The notes below the pieces were generated by a model that was not told the origin of the DNA, searched no databases, and saw only the letters and a list, made by a program, of their open reading frames with translations. The translations under genes and the position numbers were made by a program. This document shows, piece after piece, positions 21,838 to 31,628 of a stretch of DNA of 53,367 bases. This stretch comes from Dehalococcoidia bacterium (GTDB lineage: Bacteria; Chloroflexota; Dehalococcoidia; DSTF01; JACRBR01): NCBI GenBank assembly GCA_041494685.1, contig JBGQBE010000019.1, positions 1 to 53,367 of the forward strand. The letters run 5' to 3'. How positions within the stretch are numbered: position 1 is the first letter of the stretch; every line of letters begins with the position of its first letter.

Positions 21838-24800
21838 TCAGGCGGCCCGCTCCGCGTCTTCACGCGGGTCGTCGGGCGTGAACTCCAACTCGCCGCGGCC
21901 GTGCAGACGGACGAGCGCCTCTACGACACGCGGCGAGAACTGCGCGCCGGAGCAGCGCACGATCTCGTCCACGGCGTCGCCCGTCGGACGGCCGAGCCGG
22001 TACGGGCGGTCGTTCGTCATGGCGTCGAAGGCGTCGGCGACCGCGGTGATCTGCGCCGCCTCGGGGATGTCGTCGCCGCGCAGCGCCTCCGGGTACCCCG
22101 CGCCGTCCCAGCGCTCGTGGTGCGAGCGTGCAACCTGCGCCGCCAGTTCGAAGCCTTGCTGGCCGGAGAGGAATTCGCTGCCCCAGATGGTGTGGTGCTT
22201 CATCAGCACCCACTCGCTCTCGGCGAGTTTGGCGCTGCTGCCGAGCACCATGTCGGGCACGCGGATCTTGCCGATGTCGTGCAGCACGGCGGCGAGGCCG
22301 AGATCCTGCACGGCGGATTCGTCGTAGCCAAACTCGCGCCCCAGCGACTCGGCGAGGCTGCGCACGCGCTGGAGGTGACGCCCCGTCGTGTGGTCGTGCG
22401 CCTCGGCGGCGCCGGCGAGCATGAGGACGGTCTCGGTATGTGCGCGGCGCAGCCGGGCGGACGAAGACCGCAGCTCATCGACGAGCGTGTCCATGCGGAC
22501 GATGGCGGTGACCTGCGTTGCCACAGCCATGACGAACTCCGTGTCGCTCAGGCTGAAGCCGCCGGCGCGCTTGCTGCCGATGGAGAGCAGTCCGATCAGC
22601 TCGTCCTCCCAGAGCATCGGCGCGATGAGCACGGAGCGCAGGCCGATCGACAGCAGCATCTTCCGCTCGGTGTCGCCGAGCAGTGCGTCGGCTTCCAGGT
22701 CGTCCACGATCAGCGGCCGGCGCAAGCGGAGCAGGACTTCGGAGAGACGCCGCGGTATGCCGCGGCTGGCGCGGCGGTTCCACGCCTCGATCCCGGCCTC
22801 GGGCGCGCGGGCGAAGGCGCTGCTCGCGAGCTTGGCGTTCGCCGCGTCCGCGAGGAGGAAGTTCACGCCGTCGTAGCCGGCACCGACGGAGAGGCGGTGC
22901 GCGACCAGGCGCATCTTGTGGCTCAGGTTGCCTTGCGACGTCAGCAGGGGCACGATCTCGCCGACCATCTTCGCGGCGCGGTCGCCGCCAAGCGGGCGCG
23001 TCAGCGTCGCGTCGCCCGTGCTGCGCTGGCGGCGCGAGGCGTACATTGCGCTGTCGGACAGACGGATGAGGTCGCCGACGGCCTCCGCCTCCTCGGGATA
23101 GATCGCGAGGCCGATGCTGGCGACGACGGGGATTGGAGCACTGCTCTGCGGGTCCGTCAGGTCAGACGCAGACAGCGCCTGCAGCACCTCGTCGCGGTAG
23201 CGCTCGGCGGCGTCGCGATCGGCACCGGGAAGGACCACCATGAACTCGTCGCCGCCGTATCGGCCCACGATGGCGCCGTGCCGGTCCAGCTTCTGCGCGA
23301 CCTTGATGAGCACCGCGTCGCCGACGGGGTGGCCGTAGGTATCGTTCGCGGCCTTCAGGCCGTCGACGTCCAGCATGGCGATGGCGACGTACCCGTTTCC
23401 GGCGGCAGCGATCGCCTCACGCATCTCCTCGGCGATGGCGGCGTGGTTGAGCGTGCCAGTCAACTGGTCGTGGCGGCCGCGCTCGCGCTCTTGCTCCAGG
23501 GCGCGCTCTAGCAGTACGGACTTCGCTTCGAGTTGCAGCTTCGAATCTTCCAGGTCGGCGTTGACGCCGATCAGGCGCTCGTAAAGCCGCTCCAGTTCTT
23601 CCGCGCGGCTGCGGGCAGCCTCCTCGGCGCGATGCTGCTCGATGGCGACGCCCGCCATGTGAGCGGCGACCTCCATCAGGTCCCGCTCGCGGTCGCTCGG
23701 CTCGCGGGCCTCGCGATAGTACGTAGCGACCACGCCGAGCACAGCGCCCGCGGTGGAGAAGATCGGCGCGGCGGCGCAGGCTTGCAGGCCGTGCGCCAGC
23801 GCCAGGTCGCCGTGTTGCTCCCACATCGGATCGCTCCGGATGTCGACCGTCGTGACGCGGCGTCCGGTCTGCACAACGGCTCCGCAGGCGCCGGAGGCCG
23901 TGGTCGCCGGGGCGCCGTCGTAGGCAAGCGTGAACGCCGACGGCAGCGTCGGCATAGCGGCCGCGCGCAGCGTCGTGCCGCCGTCGCCCACGAGGTAGAT
24001 GGCGCACATGACGCCGGGCGCGTGCGATTCGAGCGTCAGAGCCAGTCGATCGAGGACGCCGTCCATCGGCGCGCCGACAGCGATCATCTCCAGCACGTGA
24101 CGCTGTCCAGCGACCATGGACTCCGTCCATTTGCGGTCCGTGATGTCGTGGATGATCGAGCAGATCAGCACCCGGCCGTCGCCGCCATCCAGCGGACCGG
24201 CGTACAGTTCGATGTCGCGGATCTCGCCGGACGCGAGACGATGCTTGAACTGGAAGTAGCTGCGGCGCTCCGCCGCTGCCGCCGCGAGTTCGGCCAGCAC
24301 TGCTTCGCGCGGCAGACGATTCAGATCGAACACCGTCTTGCCTGTGAGCTCTGCGTACGAGTAGCCGTAGAACTCGCACGCGGCCGGGTTCGCATCCACG
24401 ATGCACCCGTCGGCGGGGTCGACGATGAGCTTCACCGCCGTGTTGCGCTCGAAGATCTCACGGTAGCGCGACTCGCTCGCGCGGCGCGCCTGCTCCGCCT
24501 CCGAGCGCTGAAGCGCCAGACCGGCGACGTGCGCCGCCATCTGCGCCAGTTGGACGTGTTGCTCGTCGACCTCGACCGGGTGATCGGACCACAGCTCGAT
24601 GCTGCCGAGCAGGCGGTCGCCCGCGCGTACCGGCGTGGACCAGCCGTGGCGGCCGCCGCAGCTGGTGACGTATTCGCCGAACGCATCCGGCGCGGCTACA
24701 TCGGTGAACAGCGCGGCGGGGAGACCCGCGACGGCGCCGCAGCGCAACGGCGCACCGGCCGCGTCGGCGACGAGGATGGCGCACGCGGCTCCGCCGGACT

Positions 24801-26052
24801 GCTCGTGGACCGCGCGCGCGAGCGCATGGAGCGTTTCGCCCAGCGGCGACCCGGCCGCCACCATCTCAAGCAGGCGGCTCTGCGCTTCCATGGCTGCCTG
24901 CGCACGCCGGAGATCCGTGATGTCTTCCGCCGTACCGACCGCACCGGCCAGGACGCCTTGCGCGAACATCGGCGAGAGGCTCACACGCAGCGTGCGGGTC
25001 GTGCCATCCTTGCGCAGGATCTGGAACTCGGCGTCGCTCAGGCTGTGGCCGCCCCTGACCATGCGGACGAGCCCGCCGTCCGGCAGCGGTTCTGTCGGAA
25101 CGCGGAGTAGCTGGAGCGTCTCACCCAGCAGTTCCTCTTCGCCATAGCCGGTAATCTCGCAAAGGCGGCGGTTGACGAGCGTGACGCGGCTTTCCGCGTC
25201 GAACGCGACGATGGCGCTGGACGCGGTATCCATTACGTGGTCGCGGAAGTCGGCAGCCGCGCGCAGCGCTTCTTGCGCGCGCACGCTGTCCGTCGCGTCG
25301 ACGGCCACGCCGAGCATGCCGGTGATCGCGCCCTGCTCATCGCGGATGGGCGAGTAGTGCGTCTCGAAGGACGTGTCCCCCAGGGTCGTGTTCGTAGAGA
25401 ACACGTCGCCCGCCAGCGCGCGGCGGACATCGGCGATGACGCCCGGATGTTCGCGATAGAGGTCGAACACGCTGACGCCGACCACCTCGCCCGGGCGCAG
25501 ACCGAGGAGCGCCAGCCCCTTCCCCTCGGACAACGTGAAGATGCCGTCGGTGCCGATCGTGTAGAGCACGACCGGCGCGTTGGTCACGACAGCCGAGAGG
25601 CGCGCCTCGCTCGTGCTCAGCGCGTCGAGGACCGTGCGGTTGGCGGTGATGTCGCGTGATATGACGACGATGCGCCGCTCGCCGTCTTCGGCGACGAACG
25701 ACGTCAGCGTGCACTCAAGCCAGTGCCAGGCGCCATCGGCGGCACGGGTACGGAACGCCACAATGCTCGGGTCTTGCGTCTTTACGGCCGAACGGAACGC
25801 CCTGGCGGCAAGTTCGAGGTCGTCCGGGTGAATAAGCTGTCTCGCGTGCTGCCCGAGGAGCGACTCCGGCGGGTATCCCAGCTCGCGGCCGAAGCTATCA
25901 CTGACGAAGGTGAACTGCCCGGCGGCGCTGAACTCCGAGAGCAGGTCGACGCTGTTGGCGGTGATCGCGCGGTAGTGCGCCTCGCTGCGCAGCAGCGGAC
26001 CGCCCGCGCCATCTGCGGCGCTGCCCTCCGGGACGCGTCCTTCAGTCATCAC
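21838..26052 (-). CDS. Multi-sensor PAS/GAF diguanylate cyclase with HD-GYP phosphodiesterase domain
   Basis: About four PAS/PAC repeats (ending RDIT/EDIT/HDIT); GAF domains; RYGGDEF; HDIGK and HHERWDGAGYP. Confidence 0.93.
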   Translation of the reverse strand: MMTEGRVPEGSAADGAGGPLLRSEAHYRAITANSVDLLSEFSAAGQFTFVSDSFGRELGYPPESLLGQHARQLIHPDDLELAARAFRSAVKTQDPSIVAFRTRAADGAWHWLECTLTSFVAEDGERRIVVISRDITANRTVLDALSTSEARLSAVVTNAPVVLYTIGTDGIFTLSEGKGLALLGLRPGEVVGVSVFDLYREHPGVIADVRRALAGDVFSTNTTLGDTSFETHYSPIRDEQGAITGMLGVAVDATDSVRAQEALRAAADFRDHVMDTASSAIVAFDAESRVTLVNRRLCEITGYGEEELLGETLQLLRVPTEPLPDGGLVRMVRGGHSLSDAEFQILRKDGTTRTLRVSLSPMFAQGVLAGAVGTAEDITDLRRAQAAMEAQSRLLEMVAAGSPLGETLHALARAVHEQSGGAACAILVADAAGAPLRCGAVAGLPAALFTDVAAPDAFGEYVTSCGGRHGWSTPVRAGDRLLGSIELWSDHPVEVDEQHVQLAQMAAHVAGLALQRSEAEQARRASESRYREIFERNTAVKLIVDPADGCIVDANPAACEFYGYSYAELTGKTVFDLNRLPREAVLAELAAAAAERRSYFQFKHRLASGEIRDIELYAGPLDGGDGRVLICSIIHDITDRKWTESMVAGQRHVLEMIAVGAPMDGVLDRLALTLESHAPGVMCAIYLVGDGGTTLRAAAMPTLPSAFTLAYDGAPATTASGACGAVVQTGRRVTTVDIRSDPMWEQHGDLALAHGLQACAAAPIFSTAGAVLGVVATYYREAREPSDRERDLMEVAAHMAGVAIEQHRAEEAARSRAEELERLYERLIGVNADLEDSKLQLEAKSVLLERALEQERERGRHDQLTGTLNHAAIAEEMREAIAAAGNGYVAIAMLDVDGLKAANDTYGHPVGDAVLIKVAQKLDRHGAIVGRYGGDEFMVVLPGADRDAAERYRDEVLQALSASDLTDPQSSAPIPVVASIGLAIYPEEAEAVGDLIRLSDSAMYASRRQRSTGDATLTRPLGGDRAAKMVGEIVPLLTSQGNLSHKMRLVAHRLSVGAGYDGVNFLLADAANAKLASSAFARAPEAGIEAWNRRASRGIPRRLSEVLLRLRRPLIVDDLEADALLGDTERKMLLSIGLRSVLIAPMLWEDELIGLLSIGSKRAGGFSLSDTEFVMAVATQVTAIVRMDTLVDELRSSSARLRRAHTETVLMLAGAAEAHDHTTGRHLQRVRSLAESLGREFGYDESAVQDLGLAAVLHDIGKIRVPDMVLGSSAKLAESEWVLMKHHTIWGSEFLSGQQGFELAAQVARSHHERWDGAGYPEALRGDDIPEAAQITAVADAFDAMTNDRPYRLGRPTGDAVDEIVRCSGAQFSPRVVEALVRLHGRGELEFTPDDPREDAERAA

Positions 26053-26256
26053 ACCGCTTATCTACGAACCAGCACCGCTGGAATCGAACGCAACGTCTGA
26101 GCGGCCCGCTTCATACAGCGCTCACATCCCCGTAGGTATCGGCACACAACGGAACTCCGTACAGATAGCCACGCCCAGATTCGCCTCAGCCGGGTGGCTG
26201 CACCCGGGCCAGAGGACACTTGACCCAGGAGATCCGCCGCGACACTCTTGGGAGCG

Positions 26257-27261
26257 ATGCAAGTTGAGCGCCTGGCCGCCTACCTCCAGAAGCAGTTCCC
26301 CGGGGCCCCGGACGTCGCTGTCTCGAACCTATCGCGCATTTTCGGCGGCGCCTCGCGCGAGACGTGGGCGTTCGACGCCTCCTGGACCGCGGCGGACGGC
26401 AGCCAGCAGCAGTGCGGCTTCATCATCCGCCGCGACCCGCCCGCCAGCCTGCTGGACAGCAACAACGACCTGGAGTTCGACCTCTACACCGCGCTGGCCG
26501 GGAGCGGCACCCCCGTCCCCCGGGTGCGCTGGATCGACCGCGCCGGCACGGAGCTGGAGCGGCCGTTCTACGTGATGGAGCGACTGCCGGGCATCACCGA
26601 CGCCGCGCGACTGTGCGTTTCGCCGGAGTTCGCGGAGGCGCGGCCGTCCATCGCGCGGCAAAAGGCGCAGATCCTCGCGAAGATCCACCGCTTCGACATC
26701 GATCGCGTTCCCTCGCTCGACCGGCCGGCGTCGCCGGCGGACGCCGCGCTGCATGAGGTGGAGCGCTGGGAGCGGACCATGCGGCAGGACGCGCTGGAGC
26801 CGCAGCCAGTGCTGGAGATGGGGTTCAGCTGGCTCAAGCGGCACCTGCCGCCGCCACCCGAGCGCCTCGTGCTCGTACACGGCGACTACCGCACCGGCAA
26901 CTTCCTCTACGAAGGCAGCACGATCACGGGCATCCTGGACTGGGAGATGGCGCACGCCGGCGATCCGATCGAAGACCTGGGCTGGGTGGTGATGAAGTCG
27001 TGGCGCTGGGCGCGCGACCACAAGGTGGGCGGCCTCTGCACGCGCGACGAGTTCGTAACGATGTACGAGGCGAGCGGCGGCGCGAAGGTGAATGCCGACA
27101 CGCTGAAGTTCTGGGAAGTCTTCAGCAACGTGAAGTTCTGCATCATCTTCCTCACGGGCGCGAAGTCCATCATCGAGGGCAAGACGCCGGACCTGCTGCT
27201 GGCGCTCACCGCCTACGTGAACCCGGGCGTGGAAGTGGAGATCCTGGAGCTGATCAAGTGA
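26257..27261 (+). CDS. Phosphotransferase family protein (APH / ACAD10-11 N-terminal-like)
   Basis: GGASRETW; PFYVMERLPG; VHGDYRTGN; ILDWEMAHAGDP. Confidence 0.9.
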   Translation: MQVERLAAYLQKQFPGAPDVAVSNLSRIFGGASRETWAFDASWTAADGSQQQCGFIIRRDPPASLLDSNNDLEFDLYTALAGSGTPVPRVRWIDRAGTELERPFYVMERLPGITDAARLCVSPEFAEARPSIARQKAQILAKIHRFDIDRVPSLDRPASPADAALHEVERWERTMRQDALEPQPVLEMGFSWLKRHLPPPPERLVLVHGDYRTGNFLYEGSTITGILDWEMAHAGDPIEDLGWVVMKSWRWARDHKVGGLCTRDEFVTMYEASGGAKVNADTLKFWEVFSNVKFCIIFLTGAKSIIEGKTPDLLLALTAYVNPGVEVEILELIK

Positions 27262-27731
27262 GGCCGAATCAGGAAGAGCTGATCAAGGCGATCCAGACCG
27301 GCATCGGCGCGTTCTTCGCGCCGGAGTTGCAGTCCTTGTACGCGCAGTCGCAGATGGCGGTGGCCATGACGCTGTTCGGCATCGCGCAGCGCGACTACGA
27401 CAGCGCCGTGCCGGACCTGGTCGAGGCGAACGCACAGCTGCGCGCCATGCTGGCCGCCGCGACGGCCGCCCTGGCGCAGATCGACCGCGACGACGCGCGC
27501 ACGGCGATCGAGACCGCGCCCGCCGTGCCGGAGCCCTCCGCTTCGTTGCGGCTTTCCGCGCTGCGGGCGGAGCATGACGGGCTGCGTGCGGTACTCTGCG
27601 CACTGGCGCCGCTCATCGAGCCGGCGGCCGACGATCCCGCACTGGCGCCGCTGCGTCCCGTCCGTGCGGCGCTGTTCGCGTGGCTGTCGGCGGACTCGAA
27701 GAAGCGCGTCGTACCGATCCTCAACAACTAG
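27258..27731 (+). CDS. Hypothetical helical protein coupled to the phosphotransferase
   Basis: GTGA overlap with the upstream stop; VRPNQEELIKAI start. Confidence 0.75.
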   Translation: MRPNQEELIKAIQTGIGAFFAPELQSLYAQSQMAVAMTLFGIAQRDYDSAVPDLVEANAQLRAMLAAATAALAQIDRDDARTAIETAPAVPEPSASLRLSALRAEHDGLRAVLCALAPLIEPAADDPALAPLRPVRAALFAWLSADSKKRVVPILNN

Positions 27732-27760
27732 CGCCACGGCATCGCGCACTGAAAGGCCTG

Positions 27761-28327
27761 ATGATCGAGACGATCCGAGCCCGCCTTGCCGCGTACCAGC
27801 CCGCGTACATCGAGGGCGAGTCGCTGGCGCGTGCGGCCGTGCTGCTCCCGCTCTATGAGCGCGACGGCGAGACGCACGTGGTGTTCACCCGCCGGTCGGA
27901 GCTGGTGGAACACCACAAGGGGCAGATCTCGTTCCCCGGGGGCATGTACGACGCGACCGATCCGGACCTCCGCTTTACGGCGGTGCGTGAGACGTTCGAG
28001 GAGATCGGCGTGGCGATGGACCACATAGAGATCATCGGGCAGCTCGACGAGATGATCACGATCTCCAACTTCCTCGTGCGGCCGTTCGTGGGGCGCATCA
28101 CGGAGCCGGGGCCGTACCCGTTCGTGCACAGCGAGGTGGAGGTGGCGGAGATCCTGGAGGTGCCGCTGCCGCACCTGCGCGACGAGGCGAACTTGCTGGC
28201 GGAGCCGCGCGTCTACCAGGGGCGCGAGATCACCGCCTACACCTGGCGGTGGCAGCACCACCTGATCTGGGGCGCGACCGCGCGGATCCTCAAGCAGTTC
28301 ATGGACGTGGTGGATCGGGCGAGCTGA
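27761..28327 (+). CDS. Nudix CoA pyrophosphatase
   Basis: AAVLLPL; FTRRS...HKGQISFPGG; Nudix box AVRETFEEIG; IWGATARIL. Confidence 0.93.
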   Translation: MIETIRARLAAYQPAYIEGESLARAAVLLPLYERDGETHVVFTRRSELVEHHKGQISFPGGMYDATDPDLRFTAVRETFEEIGVAMDHIEIIGQLDEMITISNFLVRPFVGRITEPGPYPFVHSEVEVAEILEVPLPHLRDEANLLAEPRVYQGREITAYTWRWQHHLIWGATARILKQFMDVVDRAS

Positions 28328-28344
28328 TCGCGAACGCCGAGGCG

Positions 28345-29511
28345 CTACGCCGCGGGCATCTCTTCCCAGAACAGGCGCAGGTCGTTGGACGTGCGGACGC
28401 GGTTGCCGCCTTCGCGCTTCGCCAGGTACATGGCCTGGTCGGCGACCTTCACGAGCGTGATGTAGTCCTGCGCGTCGAAGGGCATCGTCGCAATGCCGAC
28501 GCTGAGCCCGACATACAGGTCCTCGGGCAAGCTCTCGTTGACGCCGCGCACGCAATCGATGAGCGCCTCCGCGCGGTCGTAGGCGGTCTCACGCGTCTGG
28601 TTCGGGAGCACGACGACGAATTCGTCGCCGCCGTAGCGGCCGATGATGTCCTGCGACCGCAGGCAGTGCCGCAGCGCGGAGCCGACGCCGCGCAACACGC
28701 GATCGCCGGCGTCGTGGCCCAACTCGTCGTTGATCCGCTTGAGCTTGTCCATGTCGCAGAACAGCACGCTGACGTAGCCGCCATGCCGCACCTTCCGCAG
28801 CTCCTTCAGCGCCTCTTTCTCCAGGTAGCCCCGATTGAGCAGGCCGGTCAGGCGGTCGAAGCGGGCGGCGCGCTCGGTCTTGGTGAGCAGGCGCGCGTTC
28901 TCGGCGTTCAGCTTCTCGATGACGTCGACCTGGCGGGAGCGGGTGTTCTCCTCGCGCGCGAGATGGCCGACGGCGAAGCCGATGATGAACATGTACGCGC
29001 CGCGCAGCGCCAGCAATCCGAACTCGTTGCTGGTGCCGCTCCACGTGCTGATGCAGGCGACGGCGTAGGTGAGCGCGTAGAAGCAGCATGCGACGAGCGC
29101 CTGGCGCAGGTCGAAACGCATGGCGACCGCGGCGATCGACAGGTAGTACAGCGGGAAGTACGGGCTGGCGTCGCCGCCGGTCACGACGATGAACGCCATG
29201 ATGGCGACGGAGTCGAGCGCCGCCGAGAATATGCTGGTCTGGAAGACGCGCCAGCGCCGGTATGGCTGCAACGCGGCGATCGCGGCGGCGTACGAGATGG
29301 ACAGCGCGACGATGATCCACGCCAACGTCAGGTGCATGTGACTGGTGTCGAGGAAGACGGCCAGCAGCGATGCGTTCACCAGCAGCACAACGAGGCGGAG
29401 GCGCGCGATCAACGCTTCCATGCGGAGCGTGCGGTCGCTGCGCGGCGGCAGCTCAAAGAGCCAGGCGAGACGCCCTGCGGGCACGGCTCCCCGTGGCGTA
29501 TCAGCAGCCAT
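28345..29511 (-). CDS. Membrane-bound diguanylate cyclase (GGDEF)
   Basis: About six N-terminal TM segments; DRLTGLLNR; RSQD I-site followed by RYGGDEF. Confidence 0.92.
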   Translation of the reverse strand: MAADTPRGAVPAGRLAWLFELPPRSDRTLRMEALIARLRLVVLLVNASLLAVFLDTSHMHLTLAWIIVALSISYAAAIAALQPYRRWRVFQTSIFSAALDSVAIMAFIVVTGGDASPYFPLYYLSIAAVAMRFDLRQALVACCFYALTYAVACISTWSGTSNEFGLLALRGAYMFIIGFAVGHLAREENTRSRQVDVIEKLNAENARLLTKTERAARFDRLTGLLNRGYLEKEALKELRKVRHGGYVSVLFCDMDKLKRINDELGHDAGDRVLRGVGSALRHCLRSQDIIGRYGGDEFVVVLPNQTRETAYDRAEALIDCVRGVNESLPEDLYVGLSVGIATMPFDAQDYITLVKVADQAMYLAKREGGNRVRTSNDLRLFWEEMPAA

Positions 29512-29554
29512 CTCACTACCGCGCGCATACGGGAGCGCGGCCCCTTCACACAAA

Positions 29555-29581
29555 TGTTCGGCGGCGAATACGTCGATCTGA
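29555..29581 (-). promoter_or_regulatory. Candidate sigma28 (FliA/SigD/WhiG)-type promoter
   Basis: TCAG-N15-GCCGAACA upstream of the GGDEF gene. Confidence 0.45.
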
Positions 29582-29642
29582 GACGTAACTGAGAGAACTT
29601 TCTCACGGACGGCGATGTCAGCCGTGACGTCGCGCTGGCAGG

Positions 29643-30998
29643 CTACGGCGTGGCGCTCGGCTTCGGCGTGGCGCCCGGCTTTGGCGTGCGCGTGGGCGTC
29701 GGCGGCGTGCCGGCCGGCGTGGAGGTGGCGCGCGTCAGCGGTGTCTGCGTGGGACGTGGCGTGCTCGTGGCAGGCGCGCTCGTCGGCGTCGGCGGCTGCG
29801 GCGTCGGCGTCACGCTGGCCGTCGGGGTGACGGACGGCGTGAGGTTCGGCGTGGGCGTCTCGATCGAGACGCCGGGTGTCAGCGTGCCCGCGGGCGTCGG
29901 CGAGGATGTCGGCCTCGCGGTGCGCGATACCTGCGGCTGTACGCCTCCGCCGCCCGTGTCGCCGCCGCCGAGCGCGCGCGAGATCACGAACGCGCCGGCG
30001 AAGGCGACGATCAGCAAGCCGGCGGCCGCCCCGGCGAAGAGGTAGATGCGCTGGCGATCCCATTCGCCGCCGGCGGCCCCGAACAGCCCGCCGCCGGACC
30101 CGCCCCCTCCGGCGCCGCCCAGCGTCAGGCCGCCGTCGGCCGCACCGAGCGCCGCGTCCGCGCCCGGCCATGCCGCGGCGGCGACGCGCGGCCGCGCATT
30201 CCAGGCGGCGGCGAGCTCGCGCCAGATGTCGCCTTTCAGCGCGAACGGCGCCTGCACCGGGGCGAACGCCCCAAAGATGTCGATCGGCGCGATGGGCAGC
30301 TTGCGCGCGCGCTGGCAGGCGCCGCACTCCTTCGTGTGCGCCTCCACCGCGCGGCGCATGCCGTCGGTATAGGGCGGGAAGTCGTAGGAGGCGAGCACCT
30401 GCTGGAGCGCGCCGCAGTCCTTGCCGCCGCGTCGCGCCAGCACGTAGCCGCTCAGCACATCGGCGGCGGCGCTCGTCAGGCGGGCGACGACGGACGCCGC
30501 GCTGTTCCTGTTCGCTCCCGTGACCGCCGCCAACTCGGCGCTGTCAAGGCCCTGCCGGAGGTGCAAGTCGAGCAGCGCGTAGTCGCGCGGCGCCAGGGAG
30601 CACGCGGCCTCCCACACGAACGACGCGAGCTCGTAGTCGTGGCCGACGACGGAGGGGTCATCGATGCGACAGGGGTCGGGCACGTCGAACGAGCCGAACG
30701 CCTCGTCGTGCAGGGGAACGGCGGCCGGTGCGGGCCGGGCGGCGGCCTCGGCCAGCGGGACGATCGTCGCCTGGGTGATGGCGAACAGCCAGGCGCGGAA
30801 GCTGGCGCCGTTCGGCACGCCGGGCAGCTCGCGTGAGGCGCGCAGGAAGACGTCCCGGGTGGCATCCGCCGCGGCGTCGGCGTCGCGCAGGATACGCCAG
30901 GCCAGATCGTAGACGCGGGGGAAGTAGCGGTCGTAGAGCTGCCCGAAGCTGTCCAGGTCGCCGGCGATGGCGCGGCCGACCAGCAGCGCGTCTTCCAT
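29643..30998 (-). CDS. ECF sigma factor with fused HxxxCxxC zinc-binding motif, TM helix and Pro/Thr-rich tail
   Basis: GDLDSFGQLYDRY...FRAWLFAI (region 2); LAPRDYALLDLHLRQGLDSAELA (region 4); HTKECGAC; IYLFAGAAAGLLIVAFAGAFVI; PTPT repeats. GGAGG RBS. Confidence 0.87.
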   Translation of the reverse strand: MEDALLVGRAIAGDLDSFGQLYDRYFPRVYDLAWRILRDADAAADATRDVFLRASRELPGVPNGASFRAWLFAITQATIVPLAEAAARPAPAAVPLHDEAFGSFDVPDPCRIDDPSVVGHDYELASFVWEAACSLAPRDYALLDLHLRQGLDSAELAAVTGANRNSAASVVARLTSAAADVLSGYVLARRGGKDCGALQQVLASYDFPPYTDGMRRAVEAHTKECGACQRARKLPIAPIDIFGAFAPVQAPFALKGDIWRELAAAWNARPRVAAAAWPGADAALGAADGGLTLGGAGGGGSGGGLFGAAGGEWDRQRIYLFAGAAAGLLIVAFAGAFVISRALGGGDTGGGGVQPQVSRTARPTSSPTPAGTLTPGVSIETPTPNLTPSVTPTASVTPTPQPPTPTSAPATSTPRPTQTPLTRATSTPAGTPPTPTRTPKPGATPKPSATP

Positions 30999-31197
30999 GA
31001 CACCTCCGAGGGGCGCAGCGGGACGCCCGCTGGGCGGTGGCCGGGACGGGCCGGCGGCGTCCGACGGGAACGATAACACAGCCCCGGAGCCCGCGCGACG
31101 CGGGGGTGCGGCGGCGCGATCGAGCGCCCGACTGCGTCAAGCAGGGCGACGACGGACCCGAGGGCCGCACTAATCCGGCGAATCCGCAACAAGGCCC

Positions 31198-31236
31198 TTG
31201 ACAGCAGCGTACATGTGTTCTACAGTACGCATGTTC
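31198..31236 (+). promoter_or_regulatory. Sigma70 promoter overlapped by two LexA-type (SOS) boxes
   Basis: TTGACA (31198)-N17-TACAGT (31221); GTAC-atgt-GTTC (31209-31220) and GTAC-gcat-GTTC (31225-31236). Confidence 0.78.
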
Positions 31237-31256
31237 GAAACAGGAGGGCCGTCGCC

Positions 31257-31460
31257 ATGCCGTTCGCACTTCTCGTCTCGCTGCTGTTGCTCGTCTCCAC
31301 GGCCGTGCTCTTGTACCAGTTCTGGACCGGCGCCCTCGCGCCCGCCGACGAGACGGACGCCGCAGCGCGCCAGCCGCAGCGCATCGAGCACCGCGACGAG
31401 CGCGCCGCAACTGCAGCGTCAGCGCCATCGCGAACGTACCGCGTAGACAGCGCCGCCTAG
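31257..31460 (+). CDS. Small single-pass membrane protein (67 aa), probably SOS-regulated
   Basis: AGGAGG RBS at 31242; MPFALLVSLLLLVSTAVLLYQFW hydrophobic N-terminus followed by a polar tail. Confidence 0.75.
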   Translation: MPFALLVSLLLLVSTAVLLYQFWTGALAPADETDAAARQPQRIEHRDERAATAASAPSRTYRVDSAA

Positions 31461-31628
31461 CCCGCGCACACACCACACCGGGTCTCCCGCACCGCCGTCC
31501 GACGAGGTCGGGCGCTGATGCGCCTCTCTCTCATGAACGGCCGCTCCCTCTGTCCTGCCGGGAGCGGCCGTTCGCCACGTCCCGCGTGGGCGGCGCCGCG
31601 GGACCGGCGCGCGCGATAGACTCGGCAC

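Noticed and set aside
21686..21840. tRNA-Ser as an integration site
   Set aside because: No integrase and no duplicated tRNA 3' end found in the window.
29549..29560. LexA box upstream of the GGDEF gene (GAACatttGTGT, minus strand)
   Set aside because: Two mismatches in one half-site; better explained as part of the sigma28-like -10.
29643..29900. Repeat array in the GGCGT-rich tract
   Set aside because: Explained by the Pro/Thr-rich coding tail of the ECF protein.
29512..30327. Apparent N-terminal extension of the GGDEF protein
   Set aside because: Arg-rich alternate frame of the ECF sigma gene.
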